The notes under the pieces were generated by a model that did no database searches, had not been told where the DNA came from, and was given only the letters and a program-made list of their open reading frames with translations. The translations under genes and the position numbers were made by a program. From Candidatus Tayloriibacteriota bacterium (GTDB taxonomy: Bacteria; Patescibacteriota; Minisyncoccia; Phycocordibacterales; PALSA-1337): a DNA stretch of 64,000 nucleotides. Location: positions 239,441 through 303,440 of the forward strand of contig PLXZ01000004.1 of assembly GCA_003151615.1 (NCBI GenBank), written 5' to 3'. Below are positions 49,455 to 59,738 of the stretch, in pieces; positions within the stretch are counted from its first letter, which is position 1; each line of letters starts with the position of its first letter.

Positions 49455-50456
49455 CTATTTCAACGTTATGCCGTATCCGGAAAGGACTTTCTTGATTTCC
49501 TGAATGCCCTTCGATCCGAGTCCGTCGACGTCGAGGATATCAACTTCTTTCTTTCGCGCCAATCCGCCGACTGTGCGGATATTCGCGCTGGTCAATGCTT
49601 TCGCTGTGCGAGGAGAAAGACCGATTGAGTCAATGCGTGTCTTCAAAAATTCGACGTCGAGTTCCTTTTTAGGAGCCTTACCGCCTTCAGCAGATTCAGA
49701 ACCTTCAGCCGTTGCTTTCATTTTCTTCGGCTCTTCGACAGGCTCTTCTTCTTTCCAGCCGACAATTGCCTTTAACTGCGTGATCATGATGCCGACAGAA
49801 TCCTCCAATGCTTTTGCGGGAGTAAGAGTTCCGTCAGTTTCAATTGTGATGCGGAGACGGTTGAAGTCCGTTCGGTCGCCGACGCGCATGTTCTCTACTT
49901 CGTAATTGACGCGATAGATTGGAGTGAACGTCGCATCGAGGCTGATTGAGCCGATTTCAACGCGTTCCTTTTCGAGGATTTCCTTTGAAACGTAGCCAAG
50001 GCCCTTTCCGACCGTCATTTCAATGTCGAGTTCGGTATTTTTGTCGGTGATGTCGGCAATATGAAGGTCGGAGTTGAGGATTTCAACCTGTCCAGGGACT
50101 TCAATGTCCTTTGCGGTTACCTTTTTAACGCCCTTTATTTTAATGGTCAAAGTTTGCGCCTCTTCCGTGATCATCTTGACGCGGAGTTTTTTCAGGTTCA
50201 AAAGAATCGTAATGACATCCTCTTTGACGCCTGCGAGAGAAGAAAATTCGTGTTCAACGCCCTTGATTTTTACCTTCGTGACGGCTGCACCCGGGATTGA
50301 TGAAAGAATAATGCGGCGGAGCGAGTTTCCGAGAGTGTGTCCGTATCCGGGATAAAGTCCGTCAATTTCATAAATGCCGCTGTTACCCTCCTCGCGGACG
50401 ATCTTTGGCTTTGACGGGAGCAAAATATTATTTGGCTGTGTCATATTTGTGGACAT
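49455..50456 (-). CDS. rpoA: RNA polymerase alpha subunit
   Basis: GYGHTLGNSLRRIILSS, HEFS, GVKED. Confidence 0.98.
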   Translation of the reverse strand: MSTNMTQPNNILLPSKPKIVREEGNSGIYEIDGLYPGYGHTLGNSLRRIILSSIPGAAVTKVKIKGVEHEFSSLAGVKEDVITILLNLKKLRVKMITEEAQTLTIKIKGVKKVTAKDIEVPGQVEILNSDLHIADITDKNTELDIEMTVGKGLGYVSKEILEKERVEIGSISLDATFTPIYRVNYEVENMRVGDRTDFNRLRITIETDGTLTPAKALEDSVGIMITQLKAIVGWKEEEPVEEPKKMKATAEGSESAEGGKAPKKELDVEFLKTRIDSIGLSPRTAKALTSANIRTVGGLARKKEVDILDVDGLGSKGIQEIKKVLSGYGITLK

Positions 50457-50480
50457 ATATTTTTATATTAAAATTAATAA

Positions 50481-51101
50481 TTATCTGCTGTAAAATTCCA
50501 GTACCGCGCCGACGTTAAACAGAAGCTCCGACTGCATCGCGACGGGAATGCCATCAACGGTGACTTGCTTCTTTTCGGTGTCGAGTTTCAGCCATGCGGG
50601 AGCCTTCACGGTTTTCAGTCGTTCGTCGAGCGTCGTGAAGAGTGCCTTCTTTTTGCTGCCTTCGCGTATGGAAACGACGTCGCCGATCGAGACCTGGTAT
50701 GAAGGAATGGTGACGATGGTTCCGTTTACGAGAAGATGTCCGTGGGAAACCATCTGGCGGGCTGCCTGGCGAGTTGTTGCGTAGCCTGCGCGAAGAGCCA
50801 CATTGTCGAGACGGCCTTCGAGAAGTCGGACGAGCATTTCAGCCGAGCTGCCCTTTTCATGCATCGCTTTTTTCACGTAATTTGTAAACTGGCGACCCGG
50901 TACGCCGTAGCTCATGCGGGCTTTCTGTTTTTCGAGCATGCCCAAACCGTATTCGGATTTTGCGCGCGGCTTTGAACCGGATCGGCCGGGAGCCTTTCCT
51001 GCGACATTTCCCGAGCGGATAGCGTATTTCTGAGTTTGAGTTTTCTCAAATACCGGTACTCCGAGTCGGCGGGCTATTTTGTATCGTGGTCCAATAATCA
51101 T
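50481..51101 (-). CDS. rpsD: 30S ribosomal protein S4
   Basis: EKQKAR, LEGRLDNV, ARQMVSHGH. Confidence 0.98.
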   Translation of the reverse strand: MIIGPRYKIARRLGVPVFEKTQTQKYAIRSGNVAGKAPGRSGSKPRAKSEYGLGMLEKQKARMSYGVPGRQFTNYVKKAMHEKGSSAEMLVRLLEGRLDNVALRAGYATTRQAARQMVSHGHLLVNGTIVTIPSYQVSIGDVVSIREGSKKKALFTTLDERLKTVKAPAWLKLDTEKKQVTVDGIPVAMQSELLFNVGAVLEFYSR

Positions 51102-51129
51102 ATGTTTATATTAAAAATTATTTGTGATG

Positions 51130-51618
51130 TTATACTCGGCGCGGCTTCTTCGGCTTCGGACCGTTGTGCGGAACCGGAGTCACGTCCTTTATTGATGAAA
51201 TGAAAACGCCTTTTGAAACGAAGCCTCGGACAGAAGATTCTCGTCCTGAACCCGTGCCCTTGATGACGACGGCTACTTCCTTGAGTCCGATTGCCTGAGC
51301 CTTTACCGCAAGAGTTTCGCCCACCTTTGCGGCTGCGAAAGGAGTTCCCTTTTTTGCGCCCTTGAAACCGAGAGCTCCGGCTGATGAAGCGAAGATTGCA
51401 TTGCCCTTCGGATCCGTCAAAAGCAATTTTGTGTTGTTGTAGGTTGACTGCACGTACAAAATGCCGCTGTCGAGGCGCTTTTTTGAGCCTGAAGAAGCGG
51501 GTGCGGATGAAGCCGAAGCTGAAGCTGGTTTGGCAACATCGGCAGATTTACCAGCCGCTTTTGGAGCCGCTCCCTTCTTTGCTTCCTCTTCAGTTTTTAC
51601 GATTGTTCGTTTTCCCAT
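51130..51618 (-). CDS. rpsK: 30S ribosomal protein S11 with N-terminal extension
   Basis: STYNNT, KKGTPFAA, TPVPHNG. Confidence 0.97.
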   Translation of the reverse strand: MGKRTIVKTEEEAKKGAAPKAAGKSADVAKPASASASSAPASSGSKKRLDSGILYVQSTYNNTKLLLTDPKGNAIFASSAGALGFKGAKKGTPFAAAKVGETLAVKAQAIGLKEVAVVIKGTGSGRESSVRGFVSKGVFISSIKDVTPVPHNGPKPKKPRRV

Positions 51619-51650
51619 TTTGTTAGTGTTTGATGTTTATTCGGCAGTTC

Positions 51651-52031
51651 CTATGTCTTTTCTTCCTTCTTTCGTCCCGAGCCCATGGTCTTTCGGACGT
51701 TTCCTCGGAGTGTTCGCGAATTTGTTTTTGTGCGCTGGCCTCGAGTCGGCAATCGGTGGACATGGCGCGAGCCGCGATATGTTTTGATGTCCTTCAGTCG
51801 TTTGATGTTTGAAGCGACTTCTCGTTTCAGGTCACCTTCGATTTTAAACGATTCGATGATTTTGCGGATTTCGTTCTCCTGTTCAACCGTCAGTTCCTTC
51901 GCTTTTTTGCTCGCTTCAATTTTTGCCTTCTTCAAAATGAAGAGCGCGCGCGATCGTCCAACGCCGTAGAGAGTCGTGAGGGAGATCTCAAGTCTTTTTT
52001 CGTCTGGGATTGTGATACCGAGGATACGCAT
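51651..52031 (-). CDS. rpsM: 30S ribosomal protein S13
   Basis: YGVG, YRGSRH, LPTRGQRTKTNSRT. Confidence 0.98.
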   Translation of the reverse strand: MRILGITIPDEKRLEISLTTLYGVGRSRALFILKKAKIEASKKAKELTVEQENEIRKIIESFKIEGDLKREVASNIKRLKDIKTYRGSRHVHRLPTRGQRTKTNSRTLRGNVRKTMGSGRKKEEKT

Positions 52032-52065
52032 TTTTTTTAGTATTTAAATTATTATTTTACGAAAA

Positions 52066-52182
52066 TTAACCTTGCCGCTGCTTGTGGCGTGGGTTCGCCG
52101 TGCAGATCACATATACATAGCCCTTGCGACGGACAGTTTTGCATTTTGGACAGATTTTTTTGACTGATGCTTTTACTTTCAT
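52066..52182 (-). CDS. rpmJ: 50S ribosomal protein L36 (not in ORF track)
   Basis: Translates [38 protein letters not shown]. Confidence 0.97.
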   Translation of the reverse strand: MKVKASVKKICPKCKTVRRKGYVYVICTANPRHKQRQG

Positions 52183-52220
52183 TTTTGTATGTATGTTTTT
52201 GTATGCCGCTTTTCCTACTT

Positions 52221-52472
52221 CTACAATCGTTTCGTGATTCGCGCCCGTCCTCCGTACGGATCCAGCTGAAGCTCCACCTTGTCGCCGATCAGAATGCGGA
52301 TATGATGCATTCTCATTCGGCCCGCAAGATACGCCAGTGTCGTTTCGTCGCCGACAGTGCCATCCACCTTCACGCGAAAAAGCGTGTCGGGCAGTGCTTC
52401 TGTTACGATGCCAAAAGCGTGGTTCTTCGCCTGGTTCTCTGCTTTGCTATTTGGGGCTTTTTGAATATCCAT
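52221..52472 (-). CDS. infA: Translation initiation factor IF-1
   Basis: [26 protein letters not shown]. Confidence 0.96.
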   Translation of the reverse strand: MDIQKAPNSKAENQAKNHAFGIVTEALPDTLFRVKVDGTVGDETTLAYLAGRMRMHHIRILIGDKVELQLDPYGGRARITKRL

Positions 52473-52613
52473 TTAAAAAAACGTGTCTAGCTATCATATC
52501 AAAAATGGTGGGCAAATGTCAATACCCGGCGGTTTAACATGCGCTTCCTGAGCTATTGTGCTCGAATAACCAATTTTACTTAACCCTTTTTCTCGGGATA
52601 TGCCATATATAAT

Positions 52614-53921
52614 CTAATTTTTAGCTATAACTATATTAATCCGTGAAGGCGAGCTCGGAAACGAGCGTTTCCAGAACGGTAGTATTGTAGCATGAGCAGT
52701 GGCAATTGTGCTATACCCCTTGAATACGGCCACGCTTTGAGCCAATGAAACGCCCGCCAATTGGATTGTCAGTGTCGTCGTGGAGATTATGCCGACCAGA
52801 TTCATGGTGCCTTTGAGGCTGAAATTCAAAGGTTGGCCATTTGTCACGGAAAACGACTGAGGGTTGTTGATCGTGAACTGTGCCGATTCAAGACCCTGGG
52901 GATCGAATGAACTGTTGTATTGCGTCGGTGCGATTGTCTGCGCGAGATTAGTTTTCTTGAATATGATTCCGGAGAAAGAAGCCTGCACGCCGACGTTTGC
53001 GGTTGTCGATGAAGTAGTTGAAGCGGAAATTAGATTGTAATTTATTGCATATGCGTTATTGAACATGACGTATCCCGTCGGCACGAGCGTTTGGGTCTGT
53101 GTGAGAAGAGTTTTTTGCAAGGATTGCTCCATTGTTTGGTCTGCCGATGAAACCGTCGTGCTTGAGGTAATAATCTGGTGCCCCGATGAACCGCCAATTA
53201 TTCCCGCGCCGTTTGGATTGAGACGGGCGTAGAATCCGCTATATTTTGGACTACCTTTATATGCCACAATGCTGAAATCGCCGTAGGAAGGATTTGTGAC
53301 AAGATCCGAAGGATTAATATTGTATGAAGACCCGCCCGCCGCCGCCGTTACGGCGACTGCAACACTGCCGGCTGTTCCCCCGACAATGCCCGGAATGACG
53401 ACGGAATTATTTGTTGTGTAAATGAGACCGTTGCCGCTCGAAAGTCTCGTTCCCGCGACTATTTTTTGCGAAGCCGCACTGTAATTATTGTAAAGAATCA
53501 CGGTTCCCTTTGCGAAAGTCGTCACGACCGGACCGACGGAAGCCGGAACGCTTTGATTGAGCTGGCTGCTTGTTTGAATTATTTTATAGGCCATGGTGCC
53601 CGAAGCGGATGCGTTTGCGTAAGCCGTGTATGAGCCGCTCACCGGAATATCAATACTCGCCGGCATGATGACGACGGTTGCTTTTGCGTATACGATTGAA
53701 AATGCATAAGCGATTGCTCCGAGACAAATGACGGCGATAAGTCCAAAAAGCCATGGCTTTACGGTGCGCTTTCCCACTGTTCCGCGGGATCTATTTGACT
53801 GCGGAAATGTTTCAATTTTTTCCGCCGGTTTTTCGATTCGCCTGCTTCTCTCCATGGGAATGGCATTGCGCAAGGGCGGCTTTTTTTTGGCGGGAATCAT
53901 GTCCTGGATAATTTTGTTCAT
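52614..53921 (-). CDS. Membrane-anchored protein with baseplate J-like extracellular domain
   Basis: TM followed by AKGTVILYN, GTRL and V.A...G..YN motifs; Ser/Thr-rich. Confidence 0.75.
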   Translation of the reverse strand: MNKIIQDMIPAKKKPPLRNAIPMERSRRIEKPAEKIETFPQSNRSRGTVGKRTVKPWLFGLIAVICLGAIAYAFSIVYAKATVVIMPASIDIPVSGSYTAYANASASGTMAYKIIQTSSQLNQSVPASVGPVVTTFAKGTVILYNNYSAASQKIVAGTRLSSGNGLIYTTNNSVVIPGIVGGTAGSVAVAVTAAAGGSSYNINPSDLVTNPSYGDFSIVAYKGSPKYSGFYARLNPNGAGIIGGSSGHQIITSSTTVSSADQTMEQSLQKTLLTQTQTLVPTGYVMFNNAYAINYNLISASTTSSTTANVGVQASFSGIIFKKTNLAQTIAPTQYNSSFDPQGLESAQFTINNPQSFSVTNGQPLNFSLKGTMNLVGIISTTTLTIQLAGVSLAQSVAVFKGYSTIATAHATILPFWKRSFPSSPSRINIVIAKN

Positions 53922-53961
53922 GTGTCTTTAAAAATTAAGTATACCCTACTTTATCGCAGCT

Positions 53962-55173
53962 TCATCCCAGGTTTTGTTGGAGGGCGAAAACGTACAGGCT
54001 CATGAGCGAATCCTCTTGTTCCTTGTCTTCATGCGAGACTTTTGAATCCAGTGCGCTTTTTTCAATCGGAGAGACGGTCACGTGTTCCCCTGAAATTTCG
54101 GCCAATGCCCGTTCGAAATGCGAATAGTGTCCGTTCGCCAAAAGATATATCCGGTGCGGCATGGAATTCATTTGGCCAAGCGCGGCGAGAGTGTCCGTCA
54201 GCTGTTCCGCCCATGTATTGGTGCTTGAATCGGCGATTGCCGCCACGCGGCTGTTTTCGGCGGGATGAAGGGCGTTTTGCGACTGAAGATTCAGCGACGA
54301 GTAGGTCAATTTCCGGGAAAGCAATGCCGTGCCGGCCGGAAACGAAGCCATGGCCGCGCACAGGCCGTCTTTGACCACGATAATGTCGGAAATTTCCCTG
54401 TGCACATGAATTGCAATATAGTCGCTTCCCCCCGCAACAATGGTACGCAATGCAGAATATTGCAGAAGAAGCGAAGAATGGCATTCGATGTTGCGTTCGG
54501 ACATGCGGATCGATTTTTCGAGGGTTTTTTCGATGTGGCTGAGGATGCTTTTTGAGCTGATCGAAACGGCGAAAGAAACTTCGAGTTCGCGGGCTTTCTT
54601 GCCTTCAAAACGGACAGTCGGATAGCCGTTGAGCTTCACTTCAAAAATTTTCTGCTCGATGAACGCGAGGTCGAATTCAAGCGAGCTGTCGTGCTCGGCC
54701 AGAAATTTTTGTTCAAGATCGCGGCGTTCCCCGTCCAGTATCGCATTGACGGCGGTTTTGGTTATTTCCGTTTCCTTTTCGTACGAAACTTTTACGGTCT
54801 TTGTTTTTGAAATGATCCACGGCGAAGAAAAGACGACATGGATCTTTGATATCGGAATATTTAGCGAATTGGCCGAGGCGATTTTCAATCCCCCGGTTAC
54901 CGTTTTTTCGGAAACGACGGATACGGCGTCGAGCATTGCGGACAGGAGTCTTACCCCGCCTTTTGTTTCATCGCCGTTTCCGCGCGGCATTATTTCAGCC
55001 GAAGCTCTGTGGAATATGTGCGGGGCGACGGCAGCGGAAGAACCGCCTGAAAACAAAACAAGTGACCCGCGGACGAGGCCGCTTTCGACGTCTATGACAA
55101 GGGAGAGTTCCCGCTCCTTTCCGTGTTTTTTCGAAGAACGGGAAGGAGATTTTGTAAGAAACGAAAAAGACAT
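53962..55173 (-). CDS. Conserved hypothetical protein, possibly divergent FtsA-like fold
   Basis: VIDVESG, SSPW and LNGY motifs; TGT-TATAAT 6 nt before ATG. Confidence 0.7.
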   Translation of the reverse strand: MSFSFLTKSPSRSSKKHGKERELSLVIDVESGLVRGSLVLFSGGSSAAVAPHIFHRASAEIMPRGNGDETKGGVRLLSAMLDAVSVVSEKTVTGGLKIASANSLNIPISKIHVVFSSPWIISKTKTVKVSYEKETEITKTAVNAILDGERRDLEQKFLAEHDSSLEFDLAFIEQKIFEVKLNGYPTVRFEGKKARELEVSFAVSISSKSILSHIEKTLEKSIRMSERNIECHSSLLLQYSALRTIVAGGSDYIAIHVHREISDIIVVKDGLCAAMASFPAGTALLSRKLTYSSLNLQSQNALHPAENSRVAAIADSSTNTWAEQLTDTLAALGQMNSMPHRIYLLANGHYSHFERALAEISGEHVTVSPIEKSALDSKVSHEDKEQEDSLMSLYVFALQQNLG

Positions 55174-55285
55174 GGCCGAATTATAACACGACTCGGCAAA
55201 ATTGGGCCATCGCGTTCCTGTAACGCCGCGACGGTTCATTCGTCTGAACTATTGCAGATCCTATTAATAGTTAATTAAAAAATCT

Positions 55286-55438
55286 ATGTTAATGACACTC
55301 GCAGTTATACTTTTGATACTTTGGTTTTTGGGCATTATCGGAGTCTATACCATCGGATGGTTTATCCACATTCTTCTTGTCGTCGCCATTGTTCTGTTCC
55401 TTGTCCGCATCATTCAGGGCAGAAACCCGATTGCTTAA
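55286..55438 (+). CDS. lmo0937-family small membrane protein (not in ORF track)
   Basis: Translates MLMTLAVILLILWFLGIIGVYTIGWFIHILLVVAIVLFLVRIIQGRNPIA. Confidence 0.88.
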   Translation: MLMTLAVILLILWFLGIIGVYTIGWFIHILLVVAIVLFLVRIIQGRNPIA

Positions 55439-55470
55439 TTGGTTTTGAGGCAGGCTTAAATTAGCTTTAA

Positions 55471-57243
55471 TTAAGCGAGAACGGCTTTAATCCGGCGTAC
55501 GCCCTGCGAGACGGCTTCTTCCTTTTGGATTTTGAATTTCCACTTCCCTTCGGGGCCGGCAAGTTCGGCTGTGTTTTTCACGTGCGGACCGCCGCAGAAT
55601 TCTTTTGAGTAAGCGTGTTCAAGGTCCGGACCGACGAAATAAATCGAAATTTGGTCGCCGTATTTTTCGTGGAAGAAATGCCGTGCACCTGTTTTTTCAG
55701 CTTCAGCTTTCGACATGGTGACATTATTCACCGGCAATTTCGCGGAGATTTTTTCATTGACGATATCTTCGACTTTCTTTTTTTGTTCGTCGGTCATTTT
55801 CGACCCGTATGAAAAATCAAAACGGAGACGTTCCGGCGTTATGTTCGAACCTTTCTGTCCTACCGAGTCTCCCAAAACGTCATGCAAAGCCTGATGAAGC
55901 AGGTGCGTAGCCGTATGATACCGGACCGACATTTCGCTCGTATCCGCGAGCCCACCCTTGAATTTCTGCTCTGCGCCTGCGCGGGAGAGCTCCTGGTGTT
56001 TTTTCATTTCTTCCTGAAAGCTTTCTTCGCCGACAACGATTCCCTTTTCTTTTGCCAGTTCAACGGTCATTTCAAATGGAAAACCGAAGCTTGAAAAAAG
56101 ACCAAAGGCATCAATTCCCGAAATCGAACCTGTTTTTGCCATGCGTTCAAATTCTTTCATGCCTTGAACCAAAGCGTCCGCGAACTTGTCCGATTCTTCC
56201 TGCAGGACTTTTTTTATCAAATCAGATTTAATGGCGAGATCCGCATATCCATCTTTATAAATACCGACAACCGTGTCAACAATTTTTGAAATGCGCGGAG
56301 CATCGAGTTTTTTATCCGTCATATTCATGATGGCGCGCCGGATGAGGCGCCGCAAAATGTATCCGCGATCGGTATTTGAAGGAATAACTCCGTCCGCGAT
56401 CATGAAAACGCTCGTGCGCAAATGGTCCGCGATTATGCGCTTGTTTTTATCCTGTGCATTGGGATTTTTCATCAGACTCATTATTGGTTCGAGCACGTCC
56501 GTCTCGAAAACACTTTTTTTATTCTGCACTGTCGCGAGAAGTCGTTCGAGACCCATGCCAGTATCGATGCCAAGAGTCGGAAGTTTTGTCAGTTGTGCTT
56601 TGCCTTTGTCCAATGCCTCACGCGTACCATCGCAGAGATATTCATTGAAGACGATATTCCATATTTCGACGTCTTTGTCGTCGGCATTTTTGCAGTAAAT
56701 TTCTGTTGTCGGCCCGCATGGTCCGGAACTGCCGGTTGGTCCCCAGAAAACGTCGGATCCGTCTTCGCGAATGTCGCTGACGCCGAGTTTATGCCAGATT
56801 TCGCGCGATTTTTCATCCCGCGGAACGTTGTCGCTGCCCTTGAAAAAAGTGACGTATGAAATTGTCAGGCTGAGTTCTTTCGCGATAAAATCATGCGCAT
56901 ACGTTATCGCTTCTTCCCTGCCATACCCGCCAAAGGAAAAATTCCCGAGCATTTCGAAAAAAGTCAGGTGCGTCGCGTCGCCAACCTCGTCAATATCCGA
57001 GGTGCGCACGCATTTCTGGACGGAAACCGTGTTCATCGAGCCGAAATCTTTTTTGGCATTTTTTTCAGCGGTGTAGTATGGCTTGAATTGCTGCATTCCC
57101 GCAGTCGTAAAAAGCACGGACGGGTCGCTTTCCGGCACGAGCGAAGATGAAGGAATGACCGCATGCCCGCGCTTCTCGAAAAAAGCAAGGAAACGAGAGC
57201 GGATTTCGGCGGAGGTCAGGGTCGGAGAAGGTTTCGATTGCAT
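55471..57243 (-). CDS. alaS: Alanine--tRNA ligase (short form with editing domain, no C-Ala domain)
   Basis: FTTAGMQQFK, HLTFFEMLGN, DTGMGLER, HTATH, CGGPH. Confidence 0.96.
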   Translation of the reverse strand: MQSKPSPTLTSAEIRSRFLAFFEKRGHAVIPSSSLVPESDPSVLFTTAGMQQFKPYYTAEKNAKKDFGSMNTVSVQKCVRTSDIDEVGDATHLTFFEMLGNFSFGGYGREEAITYAHDFIAKELSLTISYVTFFKGSDNVPRDEKSREIWHKLGVSDIREDGSDVFWGPTGSSGPCGPTTEIYCKNADDKDVEIWNIVFNEYLCDGTREALDKGKAQLTKLPTLGIDTGMGLERLLATVQNKKSVFETDVLEPIMSLMKNPNAQDKNKRIIADHLRTSVFMIADGVIPSNTDRGYILRRLIRRAIMNMTDKKLDAPRISKIVDTVVGIYKDGYADLAIKSDLIKKVLQEESDKFADALVQGMKEFERMAKTGSISGIDAFGLFSSFGFPFEMTVELAKEKGIVVGEESFQEEMKKHQELSRAGAEQKFKGGLADTSEMSVRYHTATHLLHQALHDVLGDSVGQKGSNITPERLRFDFSYGSKMTDEQKKKVEDIVNEKISAKLPVNNVTMSKAEAEKTGARHFFHEKYGDQISIYFVGPDLEHAYSKEFCGGPHVKNTAELAGPEGKWKFKIQKEEAVSQGVRRIKAVLA

Positions 57244-57274
57244 GTTCGTCAGTCTAGCAAAAATAAGCCCAAAA

Positions 57275-59086
57275 TTAAAGTGTCGCGAGCCACGCCCGGT
57301 ATTTCGCGTCCATGTCCTCAAAACTTTTCCGGTTGTCCGTTATTTTCTTTTTGCCATGAACCATTGTTATCGTGCCTTTCAAATTAACCGGCTTTTTATA
57401 GAACGGCACTTTCTCGAGCCGGGCAATTCTAGATTTTGCGTCTGTTAACGCTCCACCAAGCGTTTTTGTCGCATTTCGTATGAATGCCTCGGGTCCGAGC
57501 TTTTTGCCCGTAGCCATTTTGACAAGTTTTTTGGCCGGATACATCGACGCGTACGACCACATTTTTGTGATTTCCCTGCCGACGTTCGGGTTGTCGACGA
57601 TATAGCCGTATTTTTTGAGGAAATATTCGCGCCATTGATGGACGCCGAGTTCGGCGAGACCGTAACCATGATAGTACGCGGATGATTCCCAGGAATAAAT
57701 ATGCGGCACGTTCAAAATCGATATTGATTCGCCTGTGCGGTCAAAATATTTTTGATAGACTTTGCGCGCGGTTTTCAGCACGAAATTTTTTGTCAGATTT
57801 TTGCATTCGTAAATTTCCTTTTCGAAAAAAACGACGTATATTATGCCCATAAGTTCAAGGGGATATAATGGGTGGAGCGCCCGCAGTTTCTTTTCAAAAT
57901 GACTGAAGGGATACGCCTCGCCCGCCGCATTTTTTGCATAACGCATGCACCATTCGATGCTGGACGCCATTGTATCCATGAACATGCTGTGCGTTTCCGC
58001 CCAAGAAATGGTAGAGGGCGGATATTCGCTGTTTATGCAGACGTCTTCCTGAAGGGAGTTAAGCCGGTCAGCCGCGTGTCCGCCTTCATGAAAAACCGTG
58101 TGGATTCCCTGCGCTCCGGAACCGATTTGACCTGGAATTGCATTCGATGAAAAATCGGCCGAACCCGGCAAACGCTTGCCCTTCTCGTATCGGACAAGAT
58201 CGGTATAATGGCAAAAGCCGTTGTTATGCTTGCCTTTGCGGTCGAGAAGGTCAAGTGTTACAGCACCGCCCTTGAAGTCGATTCCGAGCGCCGCAAAGGA
58301 ACGGCCCCAATATGAAATAGCATTCTCAAACTGAAAATACTGATCTTCTTCTTTGGTGAATTCACCCGTCATCATATAGCCAAAATTCCACGGCTTGCGA
58401 AGTCCGGGTTTTTCTTTTTCGATTTCGCGCACATTTTTAAACGCATATTTTGTCTTTTGATATATGGCTTCAAAAATTGGAAAGAGCTCTTTTTTGCTCA
58501 TATCTTCGTCAATTCGAAGTTTGTATTCGTAAAAATCGGAATAGCCGACCGCGCGGGCAAATTCATTGCGAAGACCGATGATTTTTATGTAGTCATCCAG
58601 GGTCGATAGCGGCAATTTCTCCATGGATTCAAAACATGCCTTACGAATCGCTTCGTCGGGATGGGTGCGCATGAGTGAGCGCATTTTATTTTCCGATGCT
58701 GGCACAAATTTTCCGGACTTCGGATCAAGGTAGCCTTCTTTTCGCGAACTTCTTTTTTGGGCGATTTTTGCTTCGAGGGCGGAGACTTTATCCTTGATGG
58801 CTGCGGCGTGTGCCGGAGCCTGATACAAGCTGAAGAAATGATCCCATAGACCGAGCCTTCTTTTTATTTCGCCTTTTGCCATACGCATATATTGTTCGGT
58901 CTCCGCTTTCAGTTTTGGATCCGCGCGAAAAGCGTCACGGGCGGCCTGCGCCTTGTTCATGGCTTTATCGACGCTGTGATCGCCCATATATGAAAGCCAA
59001 AAATTTTTCTCGTATGCCGTGTGAAGTTTCGAATATTCCTTGTTCAAATAGTCCAGGAATTCTTTGGCGGATTTTGCTTTTTGCAT
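57275..59086 (-). CDS. M3-like zinc metallopeptidase
   Basis: RKGKHNNGFC, HEGGH and downstream AETHS motifs. Confidence 0.82.
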   Translation of the reverse strand: MQKAKSAKEFLDYLNKEYSKLHTAYEKNFWLSYMGDHSVDKAMNKAQAARDAFRADPKLKAETEQYMRMAKGEIKRRLGLWDHFFSLYQAPAHAAAIKDKVSALEAKIAQKRSSRKEGYLDPKSGKFVPASENKMRSLMRTHPDEAIRKACFESMEKLPLSTLDDYIKIIGLRNEFARAVGYSDFYEYKLRIDEDMSKKELFPIFEAIYQKTKYAFKNVREIEKEKPGLRKPWNFGYMMTGEFTKEEDQYFQFENAISYWGRSFAALGIDFKGGAVTLDLLDRKGKHNNGFCHYTDLVRYEKGKRLPGSADFSSNAIPGQIGSGAQGIHTVFHEGGHAADRLNSLQEDVCINSEYPPSTISWAETHSMFMDTMASSIEWCMRYAKNAAGEAYPFSHFEKKLRALHPLYPLELMGIIYVVFFEKEIYECKNLTKNFVLKTARKVYQKYFDRTGESISILNVPHIYSWESSAYYHGYGLAELGVHQWREYFLKKYGYIVDNPNVGREITKMWSYASMYPAKKLVKMATGKKLGPEAFIRNATKTLGGALTDAKSRIARLEKVPFYKKPVNLKGTITMVHGKKKITDNRKSFEDMDAKYRAWLATL

Positions 59087-59109
59087 ATGTTGATTATAGT
59101 TCTTATTCT

Positions 59110-59706
59110 CTATCTTGCAAAATTTTTAAGCGCCTGAAAATCTTTCTTCAAAACATCCCGCATCGAACCGTTGTACAATGCCGCGGCCGGATGATACAAA
59201 GTGACGATCGAAATCGGACCGTAGGACGCGACGGCTTCGAAAATACGGCCGTGAATTTTGCTGATCGGCTCGAGTTCCAGATCGAGGCCGAATTTTTTCA
59301 TGATATAGCTCATGCTGTGCCGACCGAGGGTGGCGATGACTTTCGGCTGGATGATGTCAATTTGCTGGTCGAGGAAGCCTCCATATAATTCGATTTCCTC
59401 CGGCGTCGGGTCGCGGTTTTCTGGCGGGCGGTCTTTGACAATGTTAGTGATGTAGACTTTGTCGCGGGTCATTCCGATCGATTCGACGAGTTCGGTCAAA
59501 AATTTTCCGGAAGCCCCGCAAAAGGGTTTGCCGGTTTTCGCCTCGTTCATTCCGGGCGCTTCGCCGACAAACATGATGCTCGCGTCGTGATTCCCTTCCC
59601 CTATAACCGGAAAATATTTATTCGAAGTGCGGAATTCATAAAGCGGCGATCCCTTGAATACGAGAAGCTCGTCGCGAATTTTTTTCATTTCGTCGTATTT
59701 TGGCAT
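59110..59706 (-). CDS. Uracil-DNA glycosylase family 4
   Basis: GEAPG, NIVK, RPPENRDP, YHPAA. Confidence 0.93.
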   Translation of the reverse strand: MPKYDEMKKIRDELLVFKGSPLYEFRTSNKYFPVIGEGNHDASIMFVGEAPGMNEAKTGKPFCGASGKFLTELVESIGMTRDKVYITNIVKDRPPENRDPTPEEIELYGGFLDQQIDIIQPKVIATLGRHSMSYIMKKFGLDLELEPISKIHGRIFEAVASYGPISIVTLYHPAAALYNGSMRDVLKKDFQALKNFAR

Positions 59707-59738
59707 GAGATTATTAAAAAATTATGCTGAAATTCGGT

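Noticed and set aside
52614-53921. Phage or tailocin remnant suggested by the baseplate J-like domain
   Set aside because: The protein is membrane-anchored and isolated among housekeeping genes, with no other tail genes.
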